DNA from: an uncultured SAR86 cluster bacterium | Lineage (GTDB): Bacteria; Pseudomonadota; Gammaproteobacteria; Magnimaribacterales; D2472 | DNA: 64,000 nt | Direction: 5' to 3' | Assembly: GCA_902624425.1 (NCBI GenBank) | Contig: CACNXK010000001.1 | Location: forward strand, 128,432 to 192,431 | In this document: positions 12,181 through 20,511 of the stretch, piece after piece | Position numbering within the stretch: position 1 is the first letter of the stretch | How the letters are laid out: each line of letters opens with the position of its first letter | Made by a program: the position numbers and the translations under genes | The notes under the pieces: generated by a model | Databases searched by the model: none | Told to the model about the DNA's origin: nothing | What the model saw: the letters and a program-made list of their open reading frames with translations, nothing else

Positions 12181-13593
12181 ATGAAAAATATAGTTTGGTT
12201 TAGGAATGATTTGCGAGTTTTTGATAATCCTGCTCTCAGCGCAGCATGCGAATCTAGAAATGAAGTTGCCGCAGTATTTATTGTAAGTGAATCTCAATGG
12301 AAAGATCACTGTGACTCAGTGAATAAAATAGCCTTCTGGTTTAGATGCCTCGTTGAATTAGAGAAAGAGCTTAAAAAACTGAACATACCTTTAGTGGTTT
12401 TAAAGTCTGATCTTTATGAAGATATTCCTCAAAAACTTCTTGAATTTGCAAACATGCATTGCTTTGAAAATATTTTCTTTAACATTGAATATCCATTCAA
12501 TGAAAGAATGCGTGATGACGAGGTAACAAAAGTTTTTGAAAATCAGAATAAAGGAGTTTTTTCTTTTCATGACCAAGTTATTCATAAACCAGGGACATTG
12601 AAAACAAAAGCGGGTGGTGATTTTTCAGTTTATAGTCCTTTCAAGAGATGCTGGTTTGCTGAATTAGATTACTCGATGCTTGAAGAGATCCCTGTGCCAT
12701 CGCCAGTAAGAAAGATAGATTTTTCTCATGCTAATGAATTTGATATTTACAACTATCAAGAATCAAGAATAAATCAAGATCTCTGGCCTGTTGGAGAAGA
12801 AAATATTCAAACAATGATTTCTAATTTTTTAGAAAAAAAAGGCAGTCTCTACAAAACAGACAGAAACTTTCCTTCAATGAAGGCTACGGCAATGTCATCG
12901 CCATATTTAAATACAGGTGTTGTCTCTTCAAAATGGTGCTTAAATCAATCCAGATATAATAATTATGATTCTCTTGATGAGGGTGATAAGGGAATTGTTC
13001 ACTGGGTATCAGAAATACTTTGGAGAGAATTCTATCGACATATAATTTTCAATTATCCAAGGGTTTCAAAGGGCAAACCCTTTCAAATGCGCTATGAAAA
13101 CATTCCGTGGGAGAATAATCCTTCCTTTATAAGTGCTTGGAAAGAGGGTAGGACAGGAATCCCAATTGTCGATGCTGGTATTAGACAAATGATCGAAACC
13201 GGTTGGATGCATAACAGATTGAGAATGATTGTAGCAATGTTTTTATCCAAGAATCTTCTTGTTGACTGGAAGATAGGAGAAGAATTTTTTATGGAACATT
13301 TGATTGATGGAGATATTGCTTCTAATAATGGTGGATGGCAGTGGAGTGCATCTACAGGAACAGATGCAGCACCATATTTCAGAATCATGAATCCAGAAAC
13401 ACAATCTTTGAGATTTGATGAGCAAGGTGAATATATAAGAAAGTATGTAAAGGAACTAGAACAATGTCCAACTAATGAAATTCATATGCCAAAAAATCCA
13501 CAAGACTTTGGATATGTCGATCCAATAGTAGATCTTAAAACCTCAAGACAGAAGGCCATAGATGTTTTTGGAAGTATAAAAAAAGAAACTTAA
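12181..13593 (+). CDS. phrB: deoxyribodipyrimidine photolyase
   Basis: 470 aa with FAD-binding domain motifs WREFYRH, GWMHNRLRM and DGDIASNNGGWQW. Confidence 0.93.
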   Translation: MKNIVWFRNDLRVFDNPALSAACESRNEVAAVFIVSESQWKDHCDSVNKIAFWFRCLVELEKELKKLNIPLVVLKSDLYEDIPQKLLEFANMHCFENIFFNIEYPFNERMRDDEVTKVFENQNKGVFSFHDQVIHKPGTLKTKAGGDFSVYSPFKRCWFAELDYSMLEEIPVPSPVRKIDFSHANEFDIYNYQESRINQDLWPVGEENIQTMISNFLEKKGSLYKTDRNFPSMKATAMSSPYLNTGVVSSKWCLNQSRYNNYDSLDEGDKGIVHWVSEILWREFYRHIIFNYPRVSKGKPFQMRYENIPWENNPSFISAWKEGRTGIPIVDAGIRQMIETGWMHNRLRMIVAMFLSKNLLVDWKIGEEFFMEHLIDGDIASNNGGWQWSASTGTDAAPYFRIMNPETQSLRFDEQGEYIRKYVKELEQCPTNEIHMPKNPQDFGYVDPIVDLKTSRQKAIDVFGSIKKET

Positions 13594-14798
13594 AAGATAA
13601 TTGTTGTCTTTAAATTTTTCTTTGGACCAATAAAAGCATTAAGAATTTGTAAATCCATCGAATCCATATCTGCACCTCCATCAACCTGAATAAAAGTCGT
13701 AGTGTTTGGTGCTATCTCAATCAAGCTAGTTTCATTTATTAGTGAGGTTTCATTGAGCACCTGAGCAATAAATTTAACATCTGAAACATTCTCTATCGCA
13801 ATTTTAGCTATGTCTGATTTTGAAAGAATTTCTACTTTTCTTGCCTTTAAGTATGCATTTGTAAGCTCTGTAACATTTTCCTGAAGACCTATAAGATTAT
13901 TTTTATACCAAACAACCGTCTTTCCGGCGAATAGAGCTGATTTGACTGCATCATTAGATCTATTTTTAGCGAGTATAAGTGTTACTGGTCTGTGAGCACC
14001 AATTGCAGGTGGATAATCCCAATCTATCAAACCATGAACATCTGAGGTACCAAGTATGGTCAAGCCATAATCAAGTGCAATTTGAAATGCCTCCTCAGAA
14101 TAACCATCACCGTTTGCTACCTCTATCCCATGTAAAAGCTCACTTTCAAAGAAATCCTTATGTACATCTCTTACCATGGGCTCGCCTATAAACTCTTCTG
14201 ACGACCATGCAGGATGATTCCAAAAAGTAAATGCTTTCTGTTTTCTTGCTTCTTTCAATGCCTCTTTAACTGGCCATAGGTTAGCTAATGCCGCATCTTC
14301 AAGCCAAGACTGATTTTTATACTCTTGTAAATCCTCCTCAGGAATTTTTTCAAGATCTTGTTTCGCTTCTTCAATTTTGCTTTCGTCTAAGTAAATAAGT
14401 TTATTTGCATCTTCGATAAAAACTGCATTTATATGTCCAGGCGGAAACATCCTTGTAATTTCTGCACCATTAATAACGACTAAATCTTTATTTTGTGAAA
14501 TCTCTTCAGCAATCTCAAAAGACCTATTTCTATCTGGATGTGGAATATCATCAATATGTGGTTGATATTCGAGATGCTCTGTAACTGCCATAATATCGAT
14601 TCCATCCCTAACTGCTTCCTCGACTCTTACATTAGGCCAAACTGCACCATCAGAAAAAACAGAATGTGTATGAAGATCTGCTACAACAACTTGATATTTT
14701 TCAGTATTTGGAAAATTTAAAATTCTTGCGGGGTTCTTGTAGTCATTAAAAACAAAAACTTCACCAACTGAAAGAATATTCAGAGAGAGAAGTAACAA
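13590..14798 (-). CDS. PHP-domain metal-dependent phosphoesterase (Sb-PDE-like), probably secreted
   Basis: PHP motif DLHTHSVFSDG plus later His/Asp clusters (TEHLEY, GTSDVHG). The annotated start is TTG, and the signal-peptide n-region appears to lie upstream of it (see findings). Confidence 0.7.
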   Translation of the reverse strand: MLLLSLNILSVGEVFVFNDYKNPARILNFPNTEKYQVVVADLHTHSVFSDGAVWPNVRVEEAVRDGIDIMAVTEHLEYQPHIDDIPHPDRNRSFEIAEEISQNKDLVVINGAEITRMFPPGHINAVFIEDANKLIYLDESKIEEAKQDLEKIPEEDLQEYKNQSWLEDAALANLWPVKEALKEARKQKAFTFWNHPAWSSEEFIGEPMVRDVHKDFFESELLHGIEVANGDGYSEEAFQIALDYGLTILGTSDVHGLIDWDYPPAIGAHRPVTLILAKNRSNDAVKSALFAGKTVVWYKNNLIGLQENVTELTNAYLKARKVEILSKSDIAKIAIENVSDVKFIAQVLNETSLINETSLIEIAPNTTTFIQVDGGADMDSMDLQILNAFIGPKKNLKTTIIF

Positions 14799-14860
14799 AA
14801 AATATATACTATTTTTTTTCAGAATAATTTCGCCTTCAAAACATCCATAATGTTTAATTA

Positions 14861-14880
14861 AGGGGAATAAAGCTTCCCCT
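14861..14880 (-). terminator. hairpin 6 nt downstream of the PDZ-lipoprotein gene
   Basis: AGGGGAA-taaagc-TTCCCCT: 7-bp stem, 6-nt loop. The trailing sequence on the minus strand is only A/T-rich (TAATTAAAC). Confidence 0.4.
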
Positions 14881-14886
14881 AATAAT

Positions 14887-15615
14887 TTATCTGGTTATAG
14901 TCCAACCTAGTTGCTCTAATACGAATCTATCCTCTGAAAGAGTTCCGACCCAAGTTACTTCACCGTTTTCATTAAATTCAAATCTTGTAACCGTGTAGGC
15001 ATTTGCGTTATAACCTGTAGCATCTTCAATGAAACTTCGCCAATGAAGGACATGTACAACTCCTTCATTAGTAGCACCTACTTCAATAATATTAAATTCT
15101 TCAGGGCCCCAGCTATCTGCATCACCACTGCTTATGTTCTCCATTACTTGTTCTTTACTGTAATTGATTTGAACAGGGCCTCGTGCCACTGAAATAGGCA
15201 TTTCAGCTCCATCCCTTTCAATAACTGCACTAACACTTTCTCCAGGCTTTCCTCTAAATCCAAGACTATTTCGATTGTCATTTGTCAAACGCACACCGTT
15301 TACCTCCACAAATGAGTCACCCTCCATGAGCACACTTGCAGCTGGACTATCTGGAACAACATAATTCACAACCATGCCATCTCCCTCTGGATCCCAAACA
15401 AATCCAAAACCTACGTATCTATCGCCTACAGAAACACCATCATCTGCCATATTTGCATCAACCATTGATAATGCGGCATTTTGGCTTGTATAGCCGGCAG
15501 TTACCCAATCAACAGCTAAATCCATTACACCTTGATGCTTATTTGTTGTATTCTCAGTGCAAGCAGAAATTGCCAACAACATAAAGATACCAAAGCTAAT
15601 TTGTAAATTCTTCAT
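14887..15615 (-). CDS. lipoprotein with central PDZ domain
   Basis: Lipobox MLLAISAC. PDZ-like segment VVPDSPAASVLMEGDSFVEVNGVRL...GESVSAVIERDG. Confidence 0.6.
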   Translation of the reverse strand: MKNLQISFGIFMLLAISACTENTTNKHQGVMDLAVDWVTAGYTSQNAALSMVDANMADDGVSVGDRYVGFGFVWDPEGDGMVVNYVVPDSPAASVLMEGDSFVEVNGVRLTNDNRNSLGFRGKPGESVSAVIERDGAEMPISVARGPVQINYSKEQVMENISSGDADSWGPEEFNIIEVGATNEGVVHVLHWRSFIEDATGYNANAYTVTRFEFNENGEVTWVGTLSEDRFVLEQLGWTITR

Positions 15616-15698
15616 AAAATCACCTTTAAAATTTTTTTAATTCTAAATTACATTTATACTTAATAAATAAATACATGCAAGTAAATTTTGGAGAGCTT

Positions 15699-16115
15699 AT
15701 GAATAATTATTTAGATGCAATGGCCAAACCTTTTATGCCCATTACACCTTGGTTGTTAAGACTAGGTCTGGGCATAGCTTTTATTTATCATGGAATTGGT
15801 AAATTCCCTCTGCCGCCAGAGAGAATGGTGCCTTGGTTTGAAAGCATGGGATTTATGTATCCTGAAATAGTTACAAGTCTTGTTGCATTAGGAGAAGTAG
15901 GTGCAGGGGCGGGAATTATTCTGGGTGGAATGTTGCCTGGAAATATTGGAAATATAACTACTAGGCTCTCCGGGGGAGCAGTTGTAGTGATAATGATAGG
16001 TGCTATTTACTTAGCTCATATGGATTGGTTTGAAGATTTAAGAAAGCTATTCACAAGCGAACAAATATTTTTATTTATTATTGGCTTATATTTCACTATT
16101 AGAGGAAATACTTAA
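15699..16115 (+). CDS. DoxX-family membrane protein
   Basis: Four hydrophobic spans and a GLGIAFIYHGIGKF motif. The second ATG is preferred because GGAGAG lies 5 nt upstream of it; the track ORF starts at 15675. Confidence 0.65.
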   Translation: MNNYLDAMAKPFMPITPWLLRLGLGIAFIYHGIGKFPLPPERMVPWFESMGFMYPEIVTSLVALGEVGAGAGIILGGMLPGNIGNITTRLSGGAVVVIMIGAIYLAHMDWFEDLRKLFTSEQIFLFIIGLYFTIRGNT

Positions 16116-16139
16116 AAAAATAAAAAAATACTTGTAAAT

Positions 16140-16164
16140 CTAAATGAGAATCATTATCATTCTC
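16140..16164. promoter_or_regulatory. Fur box upstream of TonB-dependent receptor
   Basis: ctaaatgagaatcattatc matches the 19-bp consensus GATAATGATAATCATTATC at 15/19. It overlaps the palindrome GAGAAT-N7-ATTCTC and lies 43-67 nt upstream of the ATG at 16207. Confidence 0.75.
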
Positions 16165-16206
16165 AATACCAAAGACTTTATAACAATTTAATAAAGGGAG
16201 TTTCTT

Positions 16207-18309
16207 ATGAGACAAGTATTATTTTTAAGCATGGTCGCTGTTTGCGGCTTTTTCATTTCTAACTCAGTTTTGGCACAAGATGCTGAAATAGAGGAAGTTG
16301 TAGTAAAAGGTAAAGTGCTCCAATCAGATCAAGTTAATGCTCTGAAGACACCAACACCAATTATTAATGTTCCTCAGTCTCTCACAATCGTTACTGATGA
16401 AGAGATGACAAGAAAAGGTATGAGATCTATTGGAGATATCATCAGGTATACACCTGGTGTAAATACTTCTCAGGGTGAAGGTCACCGTGATGCAGTAGTC
16501 TTCAGAGGTGTCAGATCTACAGCTGACTTTTTCCAAGATGGAGCTAGAGATGACGTTCAATACTATCGTTCACTCTATAATGTTGAACAGGTAGAAATCT
16601 TAAGAGGGCCAAATGCACTTCTATTCGGAAGAGGTGGAACAGGTGGCGCACTCAACAGAGTAACTAAAAAAGCTATGATTGGTTCTGACGTTAGAACTGT
16701 AAATGTTGGAATGGATTCATTTGGAGCTTTCGATGTTGCTGCAGATGTAAACATGGATATGGGCGACACAATGGCGCTTCGTATAAATGTTCATAGCGAC
16801 ACTTTAGAAAATCATAGAGATTATTACGATGGCGATAGATTGGGCTTTAATCCAACTCTTAGAATGAAATTGAGTTCAGCTACAACGCTTGATCTTTCTT
16901 ATGAGCATATCGATCATGAAAGATTTATTGATAGAGGTATTCCTACAGCAAACAATGTACCTGTGAAAGAGTACGCAGAAATTGTTTTCGGAGATAAAGA
17001 TAACAATGTTCATACAGTCGAAGCATCTGTGTTCAGAGCTACTGTTAGCCATGTCTTCTCTGATACAAGAAAGGGTAACCTGTCTTTAACTTCAAATAGT
17101 TTTGAAAAGATGTATCAGAATACCTATGTAGCTTCGCATACTGCTGGCAGTGGCGTGGTGACAATGGATGGTTATCATGATCCAACAGAAAGAGATAACT
17201 TCATTGTCTCTGGTAGTTTGGTTAATGAGCTTACTATTGGCGGCACAACTCATACTGTTTTAGCAGGTTTTGAGAACATCTCAACAGATAATAAAAACTT
17301 CAGATTTAACACATACTGGACCTCAAAAGATTGTTCAGTGAGTGGATACGATCAAGAGTCATTTAATGTAACTGATCCAATGGACTTCACTGTTACTTCA
17401 GGCGGAGCACCAACATCAGTAGAATATACAAACCCTTGTTCACTAAAATCAAGTACAGAAACTGACATCAGTGTTACTTCTTTTTATGTTCAAGATCAAA
17501 TTGATGTAACTGATAACTTAATTCTTGTTCTAGGTGGAAGACATGATACTTTTGATGTAACTGTTGATGACATTAAGAGTGGGACATCTGCAGCGAGAGA
17601 AGACAGTGAGTTTTCTCCAAGAATGGGTTTGATCTTTAAACCAAGAGATGCAGTATCAGTCTACTATAGTTATAGCGAAGGTTTTGCTCCAAGATCAGGC
17701 GAGCAATACAAAAAACTAACAGGCGGTTCTCCAGGTTCAGGCGAAACTCTAAGACCAGACTACTTTGAAAATACTGAAGTAGGTGTGAAAGTAGATCTAA
17801 CTTCAGATCTCAGCTTGACTGCTGCTTACTTTGACAGTAAAGCTGATAAAGCTGGTTATGATGGAACAAGCGCTGAATATATTGTTGAGAGAGCTTTAGC
17901 TGTAGATGGCATGGAGCTTGAGCTTAAAGGAAAAGTAAATGACAAGCTTGACCTAACACTTGGTTACACAAACATCATTGATGCTAAGAATGGCACAAAA
18001 GATGCAAGAGAAGTTCCAGAAACACAAGTTTCAATGTGGGCTAGTGTTGCAGCTAATCCTCAATTAGGATGGGCAGTCGGTGTAGTGCATCAAGGTGAAT
18101 CACTTATTAAAGACGGCGGTACACAAATGCTTCCAGACTATACAAGAGTTGATGCAGCACTTTACTACATGCTTTCTGATGATTTCAGACTTCAGCTGAA
18201 TTTGGAAAATCTAACTGATAAGTTGTATTTCCCACATTCACACAGTACGCACCAAGTTTCAGTTGGTAGAGAAAGAAACGTAAGACTTTCCTTATCAAGA
18301 AGCTTTTAA
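16207..18309 (+). CDS. TonB-dependent outer-membrane receptor (siderophore-type)
   Basis: 700 aa with signal peptide. Plug motifs (SLTIVTDEEM, RGPNALLFGRGGTGGALN), a beta-barrel and a terminal aromatic residue (RSF). AGGGAG SD upstream. Confidence 0.9.
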   Translation: MRQVLFLSMVAVCGFFISNSVLAQDAEIEEVVVKGKVLQSDQVNALKTPTPIINVPQSLTIVTDEEMTRKGMRSIGDIIRYTPGVNTSQGEGHRDAVVFRGVRSTADFFQDGARDDVQYYRSLYNVEQVEILRGPNALLFGRGGTGGALNRVTKKAMIGSDVRTVNVGMDSFGAFDVAADVNMDMGDTMALRINVHSDTLENHRDYYDGDRLGFNPTLRMKLSSATTLDLSYEHIDHERFIDRGIPTANNVPVKEYAEIVFGDKDNNVHTVEASVFRATVSHVFSDTRKGNLSLTSNSFEKMYQNTYVASHTAGSGVVTMDGYHDPTERDNFIVSGSLVNELTIGGTTHTVLAGFENISTDNKNFRFNTYWTSKDCSVSGYDQESFNVTDPMDFTVTSGGAPTSVEYTNPCSLKSSTETDISVTSFYVQDQIDVTDNLILVLGGRHDTFDVTVDDIKSGTSAAREDSEFSPRMGLIFKPRDAVSVYYSYSEGFAPRSGEQYKKLTGGSPGSGETLRPDYFENTEVGVKVDLTSDLSLTAAYFDSKADKAGYDGTSAEYIVERALAVDGMELELKGKVNDKLDLTLGYTNIIDAKNGTKDAREVPETQVSMWASVAANPQLGWAVGVVHQGESLIKDGGTQMLPDYTRVDAALYYMLSDDFRLQLNLENLTDKLYFPHSHSTHQVSVGRERNVRLSLSRSF

Positions 18310-18400
18310 TTTGGGAGTTTGATAAGTTTTAAGTTGAGGATAAAGAGTTAACCGGGTAATACTTCCTTTAATCACACACCCCTTGACTCTTCATTTTAAA

Positions 18401-18419
18401 AGGGCGACCTAGTCGCCCT
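18401..18419. terminator. GC hairpin downstream of the receptor gene; U-tract lies on the minus-strand side
   Basis: AGGGCGAC-cta-GTCGCCCT, 8-bp stem. It is preceded by tttaaaa and followed by taactt. Confidence 0.45.
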
Positions 18420-18497
18420 TAACTTAAAGCTTTCACTATGATTAGAATGCAATATACTTTCCCCTTTTTTGACGGTTATTCTATCTAATCATTTAGC

Positions 18498-18529
18498 GGG
18501 GTGGTCTTAAGGCCACCCCCTTTTTCTTT
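18498..18529 (+). terminator. strong rho-independent terminator
   Basis: GGGGTGGTC-ttaa-GGCCACCCC: 9-bp stem with one G-U pair, followed by cTTTTTcTTT. Confidence 0.8.
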
Positions 18530-18601
18530 ATAAAAATTGCATTTTTTAAATAAATACATATAAAATTTAGACATATTAAAAAAATATAAGTAAAACATCC
18601 T

Positions 18602-19003
18602 ATGAATAAGAACCCAATACAATCATCTATATGGATGGCGGAGCGCGCCATTCTTTTAATTATCGCTGTTGCTACAATTGGAGCAACTATTATTGAATTG
18701 ATCAGAATCATAGATGTCATGACAGTTAATCTAAGTGATCTTTTCTTACTATTTATTTACGCAGAAGTATTGGGAATGGTAGGTGTCTTTTACAAAGACA
18801 ATAGGATACCCGTAACTCTGCCAATAATTATTGCTATCACAGCGCTAACGAGGATGATTATTTTACAAAGTAAAGGTTTAGATGCTATTAATATAATTTT
18901 TGAAGCATCTGGCATATTGCTCTTGTCTGTAGCAGCTTACATCATGAGTCTTAAAGAAAAGATGAGTTTAACTAAGCTCAAAATAAGGAAGGAATCAGAA
19001 TAA
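18602..19003 (+). CDS. psiE: PsiE-family (phosphate-starvation-inducible E) membrane protein
   Basis: 133 aa with 4 TM. Resembles E. coli PsiE, including the IAITALTRMII segment. Confidence 0.65.
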   Translation: MNKNPIQSSIWMAERAILLIIAVATIGATIIELIRIIDVMTVNLSDLFLLFIYAEVLGMVGVFYKDNRIPVTLPIIIAITALTRMIILQSKGLDAINIIFEASGILLLSVAAYIMSLKEKMSLTKLKIRKESE

Positions 19004-19014
19004 AACAAAGATTT

Positions 19015-19434
19015 TTACTTTTGAGATTTTAAAAATCTTTTCATTGCTGTAAGCGTCTTTGAACCAACATAGTGCTCAATACCCTCACTATCAATCTCAG
19101 CATTGGCTTTATCAACCCCTAAAGCAATCAAAAAGTCTAAAACTATTGCGTGACGCTCTTTAGCTCTTTTTGCAAGCTTAGCACCTGCATCAGTTAGCCT
19201 TACTGGTTTATAGGGTGAGGAAATAAGAAGTTTTTCATCATGGAGTCTTTTCACAATTCTAGAGACAGTTACATGACTCACATTAAAATATCGAGCTAGA
19301 TCTAGTACTCTGCATTCTCCCTTCTCTTCGATTAACTCCATTACTGCTTCAACATAGTCTTCAGCAGTTTCACTAGCATGACGTGAACGTGTCTGCGAAA
19401 AGGGAACTGAACGAGCTTTAACTTTATCTTTCAC
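19015..19434 (-). CDS. mntR: manganese-responsive transcriptional regulator, MntR/DtxR family (no SH3 domain)
   Basis: 139 aa, GTG start. Winged helix (VSHVTVSRIVKRL), a metal-site region and dimerisation helix (RERHAIVLDFL, EGIEHYV). Collinear with E. coli MntR. Confidence 0.85.
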   Translation of the reverse strand: MKDKVKARSVPFSQTRSRHASETAEDYVEAVMELIEEKGECRVLDLARYFNVSHVTVSRIVKRLHDEKLLISSPYKPVRLTDAGAKLAKRAKERHAIVLDFLIALGVDKANAEIDSEGIEHYVGSKTLTAMKRFLKSQK

Positions 19435-19462
19435 TTCTTTTCCCTAAAAAATTAATAAATAA

Positions 19463-19500
19463 ATTATACCCTTGACATCATCCGTAGCCATTGCTACATT
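19463..19500. promoter_or_regulatory. back-to-back promoters with embedded MntR-like palindromic operator
   Basis: Plus strand: TTGACA (19472-19477), 17-nt spacer, TACATT (19495-19500). Minus strand: TATAAT (19468-19463) with TGGCTA 16 nt upstream. The palindrome GTAGC-catt-GCTAC (19484-19497) overlaps both promoters. Confidence 0.5.
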
Positions 19501-19506
19501 TGTTTC

Positions 19507-19992
19507 GTGAAAGATTATCTAAAATATGATGACGTAAAGATTTTTAAATATGAGAATCTTTATCTAACAGCCATATATACCGTTGGCCATATTTTTGTTG
19601 CCATTACATGCAATCGAATTATTACTGGAGCATCTCTTGATCTTGCTGCTGCAGACGCATTTATTGAGCCCATCATTAATGGATTCTGGTTTTATTTTCT
19701 TTTAGTTTATTTGAAAAAAATATTTGTAAACAAAATCGAAGTAAGCAATATAACGTTTATTAACGTCAATCAAGTTGGATTTGTACTTGCATTCTTTTAT
19801 ACAATTGGCCACATCCTAATTGCGATGACCTGTAACAGATTACTCACAGGCGCTCCATTAAATCTTGCAGCTATTGATGCATTTGTTGAGCCAATAGTAA
19901 ATGGAGTTTGGTTTTATTTACTTTTTGAACTTTTTTATAAGTACAAGAGTAGAAGAATATCCGCTGACATAGCTAAACTAAATAATATTTAG
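19507..19992 (+). CDS. membrane protein made of two tandem two-TM repeats (DUF2061-like)
   Basis: Internal duplication: YTVGHIFVAITCNRIITGASLDLAAADAFIEPIINGFWFY versus YTIGHILIAMTCNRLLTGAPLNLAAIDAFVEPIVNGVWFY. GTG start about 7 nt after the predicted -10. Confidence 0.6.
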   Translation: MKDYLKYDDVKIFKYENLYLTAIYTVGHIFVAITCNRIITGASLDLAAADAFIEPIINGFWFYFLLVYLKKIFVNKIEVSNITFINVNQVGFVLAFFYTIGHILIAMTCNRLLTGAPLNLAAIDAFVEPIVNGVWFYLLFELFYKYKSRRISADIAKLNNI

Positions 19993-20068
19993 TATTCAAT
20001 ATAAATTCTCATTAACTACTAAAAAAACTTACATTTATTTTAAAATTTGACTAAGATATTAGTAGTTT

Positions 20069-20464
20069 ATGAAAAAACCAAACGCCTTAAGGCGAGTAAT
20101 AATGTTTATTGTAGACTCCTGGAGAGTTGTCATGGATGTTAGATACAATCCTCTTAAATATATACCAGATCCAAGTTTGCAAGCTTATTTCATGATGGTC
20201 CTATTTACAATTTGGAGTGCCGTATTTGGTTTTATTGCAATATTTTGGCTTGGATTTATTGGCTATAATATTATTACAAGCATAGTAGTACATTTATCTA
20301 TTTTAATTCCAATTGCATTTACTAATGCTGTTTTCGTTGATGCTGAAAGGGATGGTGAAAACTGGCTAAAAGAGTGGCGTGCTGAACAATCAAGATATAA
20401 ATTAGTTGTAAATAGACTAAAAAGAAAAAACCTTACATTATGGGATCCTTTCAAAGAAGCTTAA
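20069..20464 (+). CDS. small membrane protein of unknown function
   Basis: 131 aa with 2-3 hydrophobic spans and a basic C-terminal tail. No family recognised. Confidence 0.5.
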   Translation: MKKPNALRRVIMFIVDSWRVVMDVRYNPLKYIPDPSLQAYFMMVLFTIWSAVFGFIAIFWLGFIGYNIITSIVVHLSILIPIAFTNAVFVDAERDGENWLKEWRAEQSRYKLVVNRLKRKNLTLWDPFKEA

Positions 20465-20511
20465 AACAATACAAATAAGCAACTTTTTTCAAAAAATTAT
20501 TTCTGAGCCAG

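Noticed and set aside
18493-18720. The 75-aa minus-strand ORF overlapping the psiE start and the strong terminator.
   Set aside because: It overlaps the PsiE N-terminus antisense and runs through a plus-strand terminator hairpin. Its hydrophobic composition mirrors the antisense of a membrane protein.
20465-20511. TTTTTTcAAAAAA between the convergent genes, considered as a bidirectional terminator.
   Set aside because: It is a pure A/T stem of 6 bp with a 1-nt loop and is not a credible stable hairpin.
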